Positions 20,501 through 32,464 of a stretch of DNA of 64,000 nt are shown one piece after another. Source of the DNA: Candidatus Binatia bacterium (GTDB lineage: Bacteria; Desulfobacterota; Binatia; UBA12015); contig JAQWRY010000011.1 in assembly GCA_029243485.1 (NCBI GenBank), positions 77,228-141,227 on the forward strand, in the 5' to 3' direction. The first letter of the stretch is position 1; every line of letters begins with the position of its first letter. Below the pieces are notes generated by a model. That model was not told where the DNA came from. It did not search any database and saw nothing but the letters and a program-made list of their open reading frames with translations. Both the position numbers and the translations under genes were made by a program.

Positions 20501-21072
20501 GTTCCCGAAGCCGGATCGCGGACCTGGATGTCGGCCTCTCCGGCCGAAAGTCCATCGACGAGTCCGTTCGAAACGACGGCGACAGCCTCCTCACTGGACT
20601 CCCATTCGACCACGCCCGTGACGTCGAAGCCCATCCGACCGTCTTCCAGCTCTGCGAGCGCGCTGAGGCGCACGTCTTCCCCTACCTCGATCGTCACGGC
20701 CGTCGGTGCGATCGTGAGTTCCAGGATCTCCCACACGGTTACTTGCGGCGGATCGTCGGTGCGCACGCCCGTGGGGAGGTGCTCCACGCGGATCTCCGTG
20801 TCGCCGTCGCCCACCGCGATCACGGTCGAGCCGACGACGATCACCACGTCTTCGTCTTCACTATCGAACGAGACGGCCCCCGTGAGGTCGGCCGTCGAGC
20901 CGTCGTCGTAGAGCCCGGTCACTTTGAGATCGGCCTCTTCCCCGGGACCGAGCTCGATCACTGCGGGCTCGACGAGCAAGTCATCCAGCTCGGGTTCGTC
21001 CGCGAGCGAGATCACCGGGCCGGCGAAGACGCAGGACATCAGAAGGAGAAGTACGGCGAGGAGTTGTTTCAT
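17566..21072 (-). CDS. Large secreted protein with about 11 bacterial Ig-like (Big_2-type) repeats
   Basis: Signal peptide; repeated DG...DVT..V.W.S.....A.V...G.V.....G...I units; Pro/Thr linker. Confidence 0.88.
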   Translation of the reverse strand: MKQLLAVLLLLMSCVFAGPVISLADEPELDDLLVEPAVIELGPGEEADLKVTGLYDDGSTADLTGAVSFDSEDEDVVIVVGSTVIAVGDGDTEIRVEHLPTGVRTDDPPQVTVWEILELTIAPTAVTIEVGEDVRLSALAELEDGRMGFDVTGVVEWESSEEAVAVVSNGLVDGLSAGEADIQVRDPASGTESEDDAAVVTVEPAPDPNAELLEVIASPEAAAALIGDVVALTVLGEFDDDTIRDITSEVTYQSNRPAIASVDSAGRVYALSPGTASIRVDHVPSGRSTSDRPEIWVGEMEQLHLSPASAQLMIAQELPLAALATFDNGLGADVSEEVLWSSDQASVAVVSGVAGTRGRVTGMFPGTANISAVHGVTGIASPVSEGEITVLAPTPTPGPSATPTPEFTPFVEQIRDLVFDPAIVRLLPGDSAPLLVTAVHHDGSMTDVTDRVVLRVRNRGVATIDSGVVTAWAEGRTTVHAHDPLSGRSGRMKGRIEVTRMLRLRISPARTSLLVGEQGPFTALADFDDGQTNVDVTARVVWDVASGAGIGEVDDGINKGLATGLSDGLAVLRVVDPVSGMSSDATTGRLAIGSAPVEDPAELVGLRFDPSHLVVAKRADQVFSVEGVLVDGSTVPIPIGDLQLRSAQRRVAHARASGLVRGRRPGIATIEVVHPATGVTAWLPVTVRSHQRIVVDPASNVVEVGQVIDLGATATYNDGTGPFDETATLRWRSLDPDLAELDGDVPGRVIARAEGIAIIEASDRGSRTRSDAKSGVVHVVTGLVSVSVEPRAVALSVAGTQVFQALGHYSDGSVVDLTSEVDWSVGSTAVASIARGALVRANADGDTRVIATHRDTGIASVGLERAVVVVGRTLVGFQVSPEPGLRESPRRSLLDAGQTARLYGLGLLDGGGVVDRTDDLLWFSTNPTAVAVTQSGLVTCRSIGSSSIFVIDPAPLLTSTDTLGDTTVRCHAASVARIEVRPKKANVDYPDGRNLRSFRIYTDGHEVDVTAKSQWTSGDPAALSVESTGPNGGRVTGLDDGIVTVTAYDVAFGFSAEGVITARKVRVDLRIFESVPEADKDGVFRGQVGEPLKLKARVEYASGATQGVNQIPTWTSSNPAVLAMGADAGLQPNWGQMVGVGTATITATWPADEFSAELTDIVEIEVEP

Positions 21073-21144
21073 AGGAGTCGGGGCCGTGAAGCAGGGCTAG
21101 GGTGCACCGGTAGCCTTTGGTCAAACAGACCAACTTGCGATGTC

Positions 21145-21160
21145 GCAAGACCCACGCCAA
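21145..21160 (-). promoter_or_regulatory. Sigma54-type -24/-12 promoter for the Ig-repeat gene
   Basis: Minus strand TTGGC-GTGGGTC-TTGC = TGGC-N7-TTGC, about 75 nt upstream of ATG 21072. Confidence 0.6.
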
Positions 21161-21214
21161 GAGGCCTCGCAGATCCCTCGCATTCACGCGGGTTCGTGGG
21201 CGTCGAGCGCCCCC

Positions 21215-22156
21215 CTACCCCCGCATTCCAGGCAGGCCGGGCATGCCTGCACGGTTCCGAACCGCGGCCGCAGAGTGCCCTATAGAGGCTACGCGACGCG
21301 CGGGATCGAAGAACGGCCGGTCACCGTCGACCACACACCGATGGACGCTCCGGCGCTGTGGGAAGTGGTCGTTCACGACCCGGTGCACCGTCGAGCGCTC
21401 GTCCCAGATCGCGAGGTCGCCCGACTGCCACGACCACCGGCAATGAAAGCGTGACTGCTCGATGTGTCGACGCAGGAACGCGAGCATCGCAGTGCTCTCG
21501 TCGTCCGTCATGCCATCGATTCGACGCATGAAGTCGCCACCCCACAGGAGGGCTCGCCGTCCGGTCTCCGGATGCGTGCGAACGAGCGGATGCGTGACCG
21601 GCGGGTACTTCTCTCGCAATTCATCCAGGAGTTTACGCGCCTCTTCCGAGTCGCCCATCTTACGGCTGGCCGCCTCGATGAACGACTCGTTGTCGTGCAC
21701 CACCTCGAGACCGGCGAGCAACTCCTGCATGGTCGACGAAAGCGCCTCGTACGCCGTCGTCATCGAACCCCACATCGTGTCGCCGCCCACCTCAGGAACG
21801 ACCCCTGCGCGCAGGAGAGCGACCTTCGGCGGCTCCGTGGTCCACGTAACGTCGGTGTGCCAGTAGTCCGCCTCGTTCGGGCTGTCCGGACCGTCTTCGA
21901 TCACCTGGAACGTGGGGCCGGTCGCACCCATGAGCTTCAGCAACGGGAAGACGCTGGGCTGACCGAAGCGGTGCGCGAACGCCATCTGCGCCTCGTCGTC
22001 GAGCCCGGAATCCCGGAAGAAGATCACCTCGTTCTCGAGCAGGGCCTGGTGAATCTCCCCGAATGTGGCGTCGTCCAGCGCGCCGAGATTCACGCCGGAG
22101 ACCTCGGCCCCCAGGCTGCCAGTGACGCGACGCAGCTTGATTCCCTGGTAGATCAT
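21215..22156 (-). CDS. TauD/TfdA-family dioxygenase
   Basis: LGAEVSGV, WHTDVT, GGDTMW, HPLVRTHPETGR, WDERSTVH. Confidence 0.92.
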   Translation of the reverse strand: MIYQGIKLRRVTGSLGAEVSGVNLGALDDATFGEIHQALLENEVIFFRDSGLDDEAQMAFAHRFGQPSVFPLLKLMGATGPTFQVIEDGPDSPNEADYWHTDVTWTTEPPKVALLRAGVVPEVGGDTMWGSMTTAYEALSSTMQELLAGLEVVHDNESFIEAASRKMGDSEEARKLLDELREKYPPVTHPLVRTHPETGRRALLWGGDFMRRIDGMTDDESTAMLAFLRRHIEQSRFHCRWSWQSGDLAIWDERSTVHRVVNDHFPQRRSVHRCVVDGDRPFFDPARRVASIGHSAAAVRNRAGMPGLPGMRG

Positions 22157-22204
22157 CTGGACAGTCTGACACACGGACATGCCGCATTGCGAAGGGGAAA
22201 CGGA

Positions 22205-24253
22205 ATGAAAATTCGAGTCATCATGCCGATACTGGCAGCCCTGCTGATCGTCGCCTCTGGATGTTCCGACCGCGACGCGGACACCGACGCGCTCACGGTC
22301 GACCCCATGACCACCGAGGAGCCCAGTGACCAGGGCCGGTTCCCGAGACAGCAGTTTCCGATCAGCGACGAGATCGTCGAGGTTCCGACGGGGCCGAACC
22401 GTGACCGGGAAGCGTTCTTCGGAGACCTGCACGTCCATACCGCCTACTCCTTTGACGCGTACGCCTTCGGGACTACCGCGATGCCGTCCGACGCCTACCG
22501 ATACGCGAAGGGCGAGGGCCTTCTGCACCCGGGCGGCTTCAACGTGAAGCTCCGCGAGCCCCTCGATTTCTATGCGGTTACCGACCACGCGATGTTCCTC
22601 GGCCTCGTTCGCGCGGCCGCCGACACATCCACCGAGTTCTCGAAGCTGCCGCTGTCTGAGCCACTCCACGACCTCAACGCCCCCGACAACATGAGCCTTC
22701 TGAGCGTGCCGCAGCGGATCAAGACCTTCGGAACCTTCATCCCCAACGTGCTCACCGGGCTCGCGGACGGATCGGTCGACAAAGAGATCGCCGCTCGGGT
22801 CACGAAGAGCGCGTGGCAGGACACCATCGACGCGGCCGAGCACTTCAATGAACCCGGAGAGTTCACGACGTTCGTCGCGTACGAGTACACGTCGTCGTCC
22901 GACGACCGCGGCAACCTCCACCGCAACGTGATCTTCAAAGACAGCGACCACCTTCCCGCGGTCCCGTTCTCCCGGTTTCATTCGCAGAACCCCGAAGGCC
23001 TGTGGGACTGGATGGACGGCCTCCGCGAACAGGGCATCGAGAGCCTGGCGATCCCGCACAACTCCAACGGCTCGAACGGCCAGATGTTCAAGCTCGTCGA
23101 TTGGGCGGGCGATCCCCTCGATGACACGTACGCGGAGCAACGCGCGCGCAACGAACCTCTTGTTGAGATCACGCAGGTGAAGGGAACATCGGACACGCAT
23201 CCCGCCCTATCCGACTCCGACGAATGGGCCGACTTCGAGATCATGCCCTACCGAGTCGCCACGATGCTGCCCAGCGCGCCTCCTGGCAGCTATGTGCGCG
23301 ATGCGCTCCGGCGCGGACTCTTTCTCGAGGAGCGCGGTGTCGAAAACCCCTACAAATTCGGCTTCATCGGCTCGAGCGATACGCATACAGGCGCGATCTC
23401 GGACGACGAATCCAACTTCTTCTCGAAGGTCGGAATCCTCGACAGCACCCCACAGCTCCGCGGCTCCGTACCCTTGGGCTTCTTCGAATCGATGGCCGCG
23501 AAGTGGGCGCAACCGAATCTCGTGAAGGAATTGGATGGACGAGAGTACGGCTGGAGCGCGACCGCAACATACGGCGCCTCCGGGCTCGCGGCCGTCTGGG
23601 CGGAAGAGAACACGCGCGCGGCGATCTACGACGCGTTCCGCCGCAAAGAGACCTTCGCGACCTCCGGCCCGCGGATGCGCGTGCGCTTCTTCGCCGGCTT
23701 CGACCTGGACGAGGACCTACTCAACGCCCACGACGTCGTCAGCCAAGCGTACGCACGTGGCGTGACGATGGGCGCCGACCTGCCGGCGAAGGGAATCGAC
23801 CGACCGAGCTTCCTGGCGTGGGCGACGCGCGACCCCAAGGGCACACCCCTTCAGCGCCTGCAGATCATCAAGGGATGGTCGGACGCCGATGGGACGTACG
23901 AACGCGTCTACGACATCGCTTGCTCCGAGGGCGCGAAGCCCGATCCGAAAACGCACCGTTGCCCGGACAACGGAGCCAAGGTCAACATCAGCACCTGCGA
24001 GATCTCGACCGACACCGGCAGCGACGAGCTTAGCGCCGTCTGGTCCGACCCTGACTTCGACCCGGCGCAACGCGCGTTCTACTACGTTCGCGCTCTCGAG
24101 AACCCGACGTGCCGCTGGTCGACCTGGGACGCGGTCCGCGCCGGCGTCGAACCGCGACCGGACCTGCCGCAGACCTTGCAGGAGAGAGCCTGGTCCTCCC
24201 CGATCTGGTACCTGCCGACCGGCGAGACAGCGCCCGCGGCCGGCGCGCTCTGA
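22205..24253 (+). CDS. DUF3604 domain lipoprotein (PHP-like)
   Basis: FFGDLHVHTAYSFDA, VTDHA, NLHRNVIF, IPHNSNGS, QVKGTSDTHP, QERAWSSPIWY; signal ending ASGC. Confidence 0.9.
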   Translation: MKIRVIMPILAALLIVASGCSDRDADTDALTVDPMTTEEPSDQGRFPRQQFPISDEIVEVPTGPNRDREAFFGDLHVHTAYSFDAYAFGTTAMPSDAYRYAKGEGLLHPGGFNVKLREPLDFYAVTDHAMFLGLVRAAADTSTEFSKLPLSEPLHDLNAPDNMSLLSVPQRIKTFGTFIPNVLTGLADGSVDKEIAARVTKSAWQDTIDAAEHFNEPGEFTTFVAYEYTSSSDDRGNLHRNVIFKDSDHLPAVPFSRFHSQNPEGLWDWMDGLREQGIESLAIPHNSNGSNGQMFKLVDWAGDPLDDTYAEQRARNEPLVEITQVKGTSDTHPALSDSDEWADFEIMPYRVATMLPSAPPGSYVRDALRRGLFLEERGVENPYKFGFIGSSDTHTGAISDDESNFFSKVGILDSTPQLRGSVPLGFFESMAAKWAQPNLVKELDGREYGWSATATYGASGLAAVWAEENTRAAIYDAFRRKETFATSGPRMRVRFFAGFDLDEDLLNAHDVVSQAYARGVTMGADLPAKGIDRPSFLAWATRDPKGTPLQRLQIIKGWSDADGTYERVYDIACSEGAKPDPKTHRCPDNGAKVNISTCEISTDTGSDELSAVWSDPDFDPAQRAFYYVRALENPTCRWSTWDAVRAGVEPRPDLPQTLQERAWSSPIWYLPTGETAPAAGAL

Positions 24254-24262
24254 GCAGAATGC

Positions 24263-26895
<2,633 letters not shown>

Positions 26896-26944
26896 GGCCG
26901 TGCACCGGGGGACACACTCTCGTGCGCCCCCAGTCATCGGAAAC

Positions 26945-27681
26945 TCAGCGTGTGCGCCAGATGAGACTTGCCGGCAGCATGAGACGGATCGCGCTCACCT
27001 TCGAGCTGTCGCCATCCTTCACCACGACGTAGAAAAAGTATCCGGTACGAGTGCCAATCGCGTTGCCGGCCGGGTACGTCGCTCCGAAGGGTTCCTAGGT
27101 GCCATCGGCGACTGCCACACCAGTGCCCGGAAACCGTACGTTCTCCACCACGAGGTTCAGCCCGGAGTTCTTCAAGACGCTCCCGTGCTCGATGTCGAAG
27201 AGACGCTTGAGCTCCGCCGGCCTTCAGGCAGGGAATCTGCACATCGAGGCGCGTGCCCTTGTCCCCCACCTGCGGCGACCCCACCGCCCAGCTGATTGCC
27301 GAGATAGAAGTTCCATGCAATCCCGCACGCCGCCATAGGATCCTCGGGATCAATCCTCGGGAACGGCTTGCCGAAGACATGCCCCGGAACTTCGCCGGTC
27401 TCCTTGGACTTGAGTCCATACGTCTCGACGTCGAGTTCATACTTACTCTCGTTCGCCTCCGAGGCAGCTCAGTAGGTTGCGCCCAGGTTGTTCTTGAACT
27501 TCTCGTCGCCGACCGGAACGACGGTGAACGTGTGGTCACCGGACTTCAGACGCTTCAGAACCGACGCCGGCAGGAGGCGCTCGGCCGACGCCACGTCTGC
27601 CAGCAACAGGAAACCGAGCCCCAACGCTAACACGCCTCAGGCCACCCGAATCGGGGACCTGGTGCTCGTGTCTGTTTGCAT
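26945..27681 (-). pseudogene. Degraded DUF1329-like secreted protein followed by fragments of another gene
   Basis: From ATG 27681: signal peptide with TGA, ERLLPASVLKRLKSG, TY*AASEAN, GKPFPRIDPEDPMAACGIAWNFY; frameshifts afterwards. Confidence 0.6.
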
Positions 27682-27834
27682 GACAAATCTCTCTGCTTCC
27701 TGTGAAGCCCTCGTGGTTGAGACAGCGGTTGGAAAGTCGGGCATACACCACGTCCCAAACGGCGACCAAGCCCCTTGTGAGGCGAAAGATCCCGGAGGCG
27801 TGACCCCCGCGCGGACCCGAGTTAGAGCCTACGC

Positions 27835-28479
27835 ATGACCACGGATGAGACTGTCGACGCCTGGCTCGCACAGGATCCGCTGCCGGAGGAGCCGGCTGCG
27901 ATCGTGGAGAAGTGGCTGAGTGAGGCATTCCAGACCAAACGTCAGGAAAGTCCCCATGCAGTCGCCCTGGCGACCGTCGATCCCGACGGTCGGCCGTCAG
28001 TAAGGATGGTCCTGTGCAGCCAGATCGATGCCGCCCGGGGCGCGTTCACGATGTACAGCAACCGCGAAAGCCGAAAGGGCCGCGCGCTGGCTGCGGACCC
28101 ACGCGCCGCGATCGCCTTCCACTGGCCGGCACGCCAGGCCCGGGTCGAAGGCCGGATCGAGTGGACTCCCGACGAGGTGAGCGACGCCTACTTTGCCGGC
28201 CGACCGCTCGAGGCCCGTATCGGCGCGTGGGCGAGCCGTCAAAGCGAGCCGCTCGCGTCCCGCGCCGACCTGCTCGCCGCCGTCGCCGCCGTTCAAGCCC
28301 GCTTCGGGGCGGTACGCGAGGAGGACGTCGTACCTCGCCCGCCCCACTGGGGCGGACTCACGCTCGTCGCCGAGTCGATCGAACTCTGGGTCAGCCGGGT
28401 CGGGCGGGTCCACGACCGCGCCGTATGGACGCGCCCCGCGCCCGGCGAGACCTGGACCGCAACCCGGCTGCAGCCCTGA
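27835..28479 (+). CDS. pdxH: Pyridoxine/pyridoxamine 5'-phosphate oxidase
   Basis: LATVDPDGRPSVRMVL, SRKG, RIGAWASRQS, PRPPHWGG, RVHDR, RLQP. Confidence 0.92.
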   Translation: MTTDETVDAWLAQDPLPEEPAAIVEKWLSEAFQTKRQESPHAVALATVDPDGRPSVRMVLCSQIDAARGAFTMYSNRESRKGRALAADPRAAIAFHWPARQARVEGRIEWTPDEVSDAYFAGRPLEARIGAWASRQSEPLASRADLLAAVAAVQARFGAVREEDVVPRPPHWGGLTLVAESIELWVSRVGRVHDRAVWTRPAPGETWTATRLQP

Positions 28480-28562
28480 GCGGGTTCAGCCCAACAGCGT
28501 GTCGCCCATCGACAGGAACGCCCGAGACGCCGAGTTGATGTAATGCCAACCGGCCAGCACGG

Positions 28563-28796
28563 TTCGACGTCGGCACCGAGCTACCGCAAGCGACCCAGGG
28601 CCGCTACAACCTGATCAACGCGCGCCTCAGCTACGACTTCCTGAACGATCCCGCGCAGGTAGCGCTGTGGGGGCGCAATCTGGCGGACGAAACGTATTTC
28701 CAATCCACCTTGCCGATCGCGGGGCCGCTCGGCATCATCCAACGCGGCTACGCGCCGCCCCGTCTGTGGGCCGCAGAGCTCACCTATCAATTCTAA
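28563..28796 (+). pseudogene. C-terminal remnant of a TonB-dependent receptor
   Basis: YNLINARLSYDF...VALWGRNLADETYF...PPRLWAAELTYQF* with terminal Phe; no start. Confidence 0.8.
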
Positions 28797-28812
28797 GATG
28801 AAGGAACAGATA

Positions 28813-29220
28813 ATGCCTCTTTCGAACTCCATCCTCCTCGCAGCTCTCGTTCTCCTCACGAGTTGCGCCAGCCTCACCGGAAACGCAGCACCTCCGATGC
28901 CGATGCGCCCGGGTGTCGTGGAGTTCAACCTTCGGCAACTCGACCCGCAGGGGAATCGGCCCTCTTCCGGCTTTCAGCCTCTCACGTACGAGTTCTGCGT
29001 ACCCGCCAATCCGAATGCGACCGGCGGCGTCGAGAGTATCGACCGTACCGTACGCTGCCACCCGGGGGTCCCGGGCCGCATCGGTTGCCTGCCCAACCAG
29101 GCTCTTTGCGTCGGCAACACCGGTCAGTCGAACTGGGCGAGTGTTCTCGCCGAGCTTTCGAACGAGCCGTTCGTACGCCGGATCATCGACACCGGGATGC
29201 CAACACCGCCGCAGAACTGA
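28813..29220 (+). CDS. Hypothetical Cys-containing lipoprotein
   Basis: Lipobox LTSC; YEFCVP, GRIGC, LCVG; RBS AAGGA. Confidence 0.75.
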   Translation: MPLSNSILLAALVLLTSCASLTGNAAPPMPMRPGVVEFNLRQLDPQGNRPSSGFQPLTYEFCVPANPNATGGVESIDRTVRCHPGVPGRIGCLPNQALCVGNTGQSNWASVLAELSNEPFVRRIIDTGMPTPPQN

Positions 29221-29236
29221 CGGGCGCACGCTGCGA

Positions 29237-29797
29237 TCAGTGAAGGGTCTCGGTTCGATTCGCGCCGAGCTGCTCGATCGCCGATGGCACGCCGGGTAAC
29301 CCGGGGTGGACGACCAGCGCGCGCTCCAGGGCGATCCGTGCGGCATGCGCATCGCCGTTCCGATCGGCGATCTGCGCGAAACCGCAGAGGGCCCCGAAGT
29401 GACGGGGCTCGAGCTCGAGGGTCCGTTGAATATCGCCGACGCTCTCCGCATCACGGCCCAGGACGAAGTACAGCGTGGCACGCTTGTTCCAGGCTTCGGC
29501 CCAGCCGGGCCACGCGCCGACCAGCCCGTCCAGAATCCCCTCGGCCCGCTCGTGTTCACCCGCGTTCATCGCGGTGATCGCCTGCTCCATCTCGGCCTCG
29601 ATCTCGGGATCCTCGTGCGCGCACCAGATCTCCCAGATATTGCCCTCAATGGTACTGCGCTGCTCCTCCTCGCCGTCGTGGAGCGTCAGGAACAGCAGCT
29701 TCAAATCCTCCGAAACCTCCTCACAAGGCGCCGACGGCAGCTTTTCGATCAGAAGCGCCGCCTCGTGGATGCGGAGGCTCAAGTCCGGGGTCGGCAT
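29237..29797 (-). CDS. TPR-repeat protein
   Basis: IWEIW, WAEAWNKRATLYF, LELEPRHFGALCG. Confidence 0.85.
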   Translation of the reverse strand: MPTPDLSLRIHEAALLIEKLPSAPCEEVSEDLKLLFLTLHDGEEEQRSTIEGNIWEIWCAHEDPEIEAEMEQAITAMNAGEHERAEGILDGLVGAWPGWAEAWNKRATLYFVLGRDAESVGDIQRTLELEPRHFGALCGFAQIADRNGDAHAARIALERALVVHPGLPGVPSAIEQLGANRTETLH

Positions 29798-29873
29798 CGG
29801 CCATCATCCTGCCCGAACGGATCGCACTCTGGAAGGGCTCGTGACTCGCAGTTCGCGCTGGTAGAAACGACGA

Positions 29874-31097
29874 ATGGAGATCACCCGCCCCGAAGACGTC
29901 GGCCTGTCCACCCCCGGCCTCGCCCGAATCACCAATCACCTCGAACGGCACTACGTCGTGCCGGCGAAGATCGCGGGTTGCCTCACGATCGTCGCCCGCA
30001 AGGGCCACATCGTCCACTGCGAGGCTCAGGGCTCCATGGACCTCGAGCGCGAGAAGCCGATGCGCGAGGACGTCCTCTTCCGCATCTATTCGATGTCGAA
30101 GCCCATCACGTCGGTCGCGATGATGATGCTCGTCGAGGAAGGCTCGGTGCAGCTCACCGATCCCGTCCACCGCTTCATTCCGGAATGGAAGAACCTGCGC
30201 GTCTACGAGTCGGGCAACCATCCCCGGTTCGTCACCCGCCGCGCAGAGCGCCCGATGACGATAGCCGACCTCCTGACCCACACCGCCGGCCTCACCTACG
30301 GATTCATGGAACGCACGAACGTCGACGCGGCGTACCGCAAGCTCGGAATCCTCGGGCGCACCGATGGACCCACCCTTCGCGACATGATCGAGGGACTCGC
30401 CGAGCTCCCGCTCGAGTTCTCCCCCGGAACTTCTTGGAACTACTCGGTTGCAACTGACGTGCTCGGCTACCTGGTCCAGACGATCTCCGGGCAGCCCTAC
30501 GACCGCTTCCTGCAGAATCGCATCCTCGGCCCTCTGGGGATGACCGACACCGGCTTCACCGTCCCCGATAGCGAACGGGAACGCTTCGCCGCGTGTTACG
30601 GGCGAACGCGCAGCAAGCGACTCGTCTTACAAGACGATCCGGAGAAGAGCGTCTACTGCAGAGACGTCACCCTCTTCTCCGGCGGCGGCGGGCTTGTCTC
30701 CACAGCCCACGACTACCTTCGCTTCTGCACGATGCTTCTGCGCGGCGGCGAACTCGACGGCGCGCGGATCCTCGGGCCTCGCACGATCGACTACATGACG
30801 AAGAACCACCTGCCGGAGGACCGAGACCTCACCCAGATGAGCGTCGGCGCCTTCAGCGAGACGAAGTACGAAGGCACGGGGTTCGGCCTCGGCTTCTCGG
30901 TGGTCCTCGACCCGGTCGCAGCGAAGGTGACCAGCAGCAGCGGCGAGTTCGCATGGGGCGGCGCCGCCAGCACCGCGTTCTTCATCGACCCGAAGGAGGA
31001 ACTGATCGTGATCTTCCTGACCCAGCTCATGCCCTCTGCGACATTCAATTTTCGCGGACAGATCAAGCAAATTGTCTACGGATCCCTGATCGACTGA
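29874..31097 (+). CDS. Beta-lactamase-related serine hydrolase
   Basis: FRIYSMSK (SxxK), LLTHTAG, WNYS, GGGGLVST, WGGAAST. Confidence 0.92.
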   Translation: MEITRPEDVGLSTPGLARITNHLERHYVVPAKIAGCLTIVARKGHIVHCEAQGSMDLEREKPMREDVLFRIYSMSKPITSVAMMMLVEEGSVQLTDPVHRFIPEWKNLRVYESGNHPRFVTRRAERPMTIADLLTHTAGLTYGFMERTNVDAAYRKLGILGRTDGPTLRDMIEGLAELPLEFSPGTSWNYSVATDVLGYLVQTISGQPYDRFLQNRILGPLGMTDTGFTVPDSERERFAACYGRTRSKRLVLQDDPEKSVYCRDVTLFSGGGGLVSTAHDYLRFCTMLLRGGELDGARILGPRTIDYMTKNHLPEDRDLTQMSVGAFSETKYEGTGFGLGFSVVLDPVAAKVTSSSGEFAWGGAASTAFFIDPKEELIVIFLTQLMPSATFNFRGQIKQIVYGSLID

Positions 31098-31149
31098 CGT
31101 TCGGACTTTTCGCTGCCCTGCCGTTGGGATAGGCCGAGGAGGATGGCCC

Positions 31150-31597
31150 TCCCTACCTGGCTCTCGGCGACGAAGCGGCTGCCGTCCCCACCGCGCGGCC
31201 CGCACAGACCGCCGCCAAGCACATCCTGATCACTGAAGACGACGACCGCGTTCGGGGTTTCCTCGCTCAAGTGCTGACGACCGCCGGGCACACGGTCGTG
31301 GAGGCTCGACGCCGAGAAGAAACTCTCGAGATCGTCCGTCAGCTGAAACACCCGATTGCTCTCGTCGTGAGCGACGTCGTCATGCCCGGCATCGACGGGG
31401 TCGAGTTCACCAAGCAGCTGCGCCTCTTGCCGCCCGGCCTGCGTGTCCTGCTCGTTTCGGGCTACGCCAACCGACTCGGCGCCGCCGGTCGTCCGCTCCC
31501 CGAGACCGCCTCTTTCCTCCAGAAGCCCTTCGGCCCCGAGGAACTCGGGCGCAAAGTCATCGAGGTGCTCTCGGAGGAGTCGACGACGACCCACTAA
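31150..31597 (+). pseudogene. Orphan receiver domain, probably the tail of a hybrid histidine kinase
   Basis: HILITEDD (31220), SDVVMPG, VSGY, FLQKPF; no start codon before the first strand; Ala/Pro linker upstream. Confidence 0.6.
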
Positions 31598-32419
31598 TCA
31601 GGTTCCGCTGAATTCCGGGGTGCGCTTTTCCATGAAGGCCGTCACGGCCTCTCGCAGATCGTTCGACTGAAGACTCGTCGCCATCGTCCACAGACCGTTC
31701 AACAGGAGGCTCTGCTCGGTCGTGAGATCCTCGCTCTGCTGCAGAATGAACTTCGTTCCGCGCACCGCCATCGGCGCATTCGCGGCGATCTCCTCGGCAA
31801 GGCCCCGCGCCGCCGCGAGCACCGTATCGACGTCAGCGTAGACGTCGTTCACGAGGCCGATCTTCTCGGCGCGCGCCGCATCGATGTCCTTACCCGTGTA
31901 CGCCAACTCCGCGACGTGACCCGCGCTCACGACCTTGGGAAGACGCTGCAAGGTGCCTACATCCGCAACGATGCCGATGCGGGTCTCGCGAATGCTGAAC
32001 GTCGCGTCGGCCGAGGCGACGCGAATGTCACACGCGGTGATCAGATCGATCCCCCCGCCGAGACAGTGCCCGTGCACCGCGGCGATCACCGGAACCGGAC
32101 AGGCAGCGACCGCCGAGATCGCCTTCTGAAACGCCGTGGTCACTTCCATCTGCTCGAGGTTCGCAACGGCTTTCGATGCCGGCTTGTCCCCTTGGCCGAC
32201 CATCGCGTCGGTCAGGTCCAGTCCGACGCAGAAGCTCTTCCCGCGACCAGCCAACACGACGGCACCGATCTCCGGATTCTCCGTGAGTGCCGCGATCGCG
32301 TGCGGCAGGCCCTGCCAAAGTTCGCGCGACATGGCGTTGCGCTTCTCAGGACGGTCAAGCCACAAGGTGCCAACCGCGCCGGAGCGTTCGATAGAGAGGA
32401 CGTCGGAAGAGAAGGACAT
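31598..32419 (-). CDS. Enoyl-CoA hydratase/isomerase
   Basis: FCVGLDL, HGHCLGGGIDL, ETRIGIVADVGTLQRLP. Confidence 0.9.
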   Translation of the reverse strand: MSFSSDVLSIERSGAVGTLWLDRPEKRNAMSRELWQGLPHAIAALTENPEIGAVVLAGRGKSFCVGLDLTDAMVGQGDKPASKAVANLEQMEVTTAFQKAISAVAACPVPVIAAVHGHCLGGGIDLITACDIRVASADATFSIRETRIGIVADVGTLQRLPKVVSAGHVAELAYTGKDIDAARAEKIGLVNDVYADVDTVLAAARGLAEEIAANAPMAVRGTKFILQQSEDLTTEQSLLLNGLWTMATSLQSNDLREAVTAFMEKRTPEFSGT

Positions 32420-32464
32420 CAGCCACGAATAGCAAGCCCCCTGGGCCTCCGTTAGCCTGCCACC

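Noticed and set aside
19003..21285. Long antisense ORFs (also 33260-35794, 36053-38473, 52077-54272, 24911-26602)
   Set aside because: Arg/His-rich, motif-free shadows of real opposite-strand genes, expected at this GC content
27460..27645. Possible TGA-to-Trp recoding suggested by two in-frame TGAs
   Set aside because: Many intact genes here end in TGA and use TGG for Trp; the locus also has deletions and frameshifts
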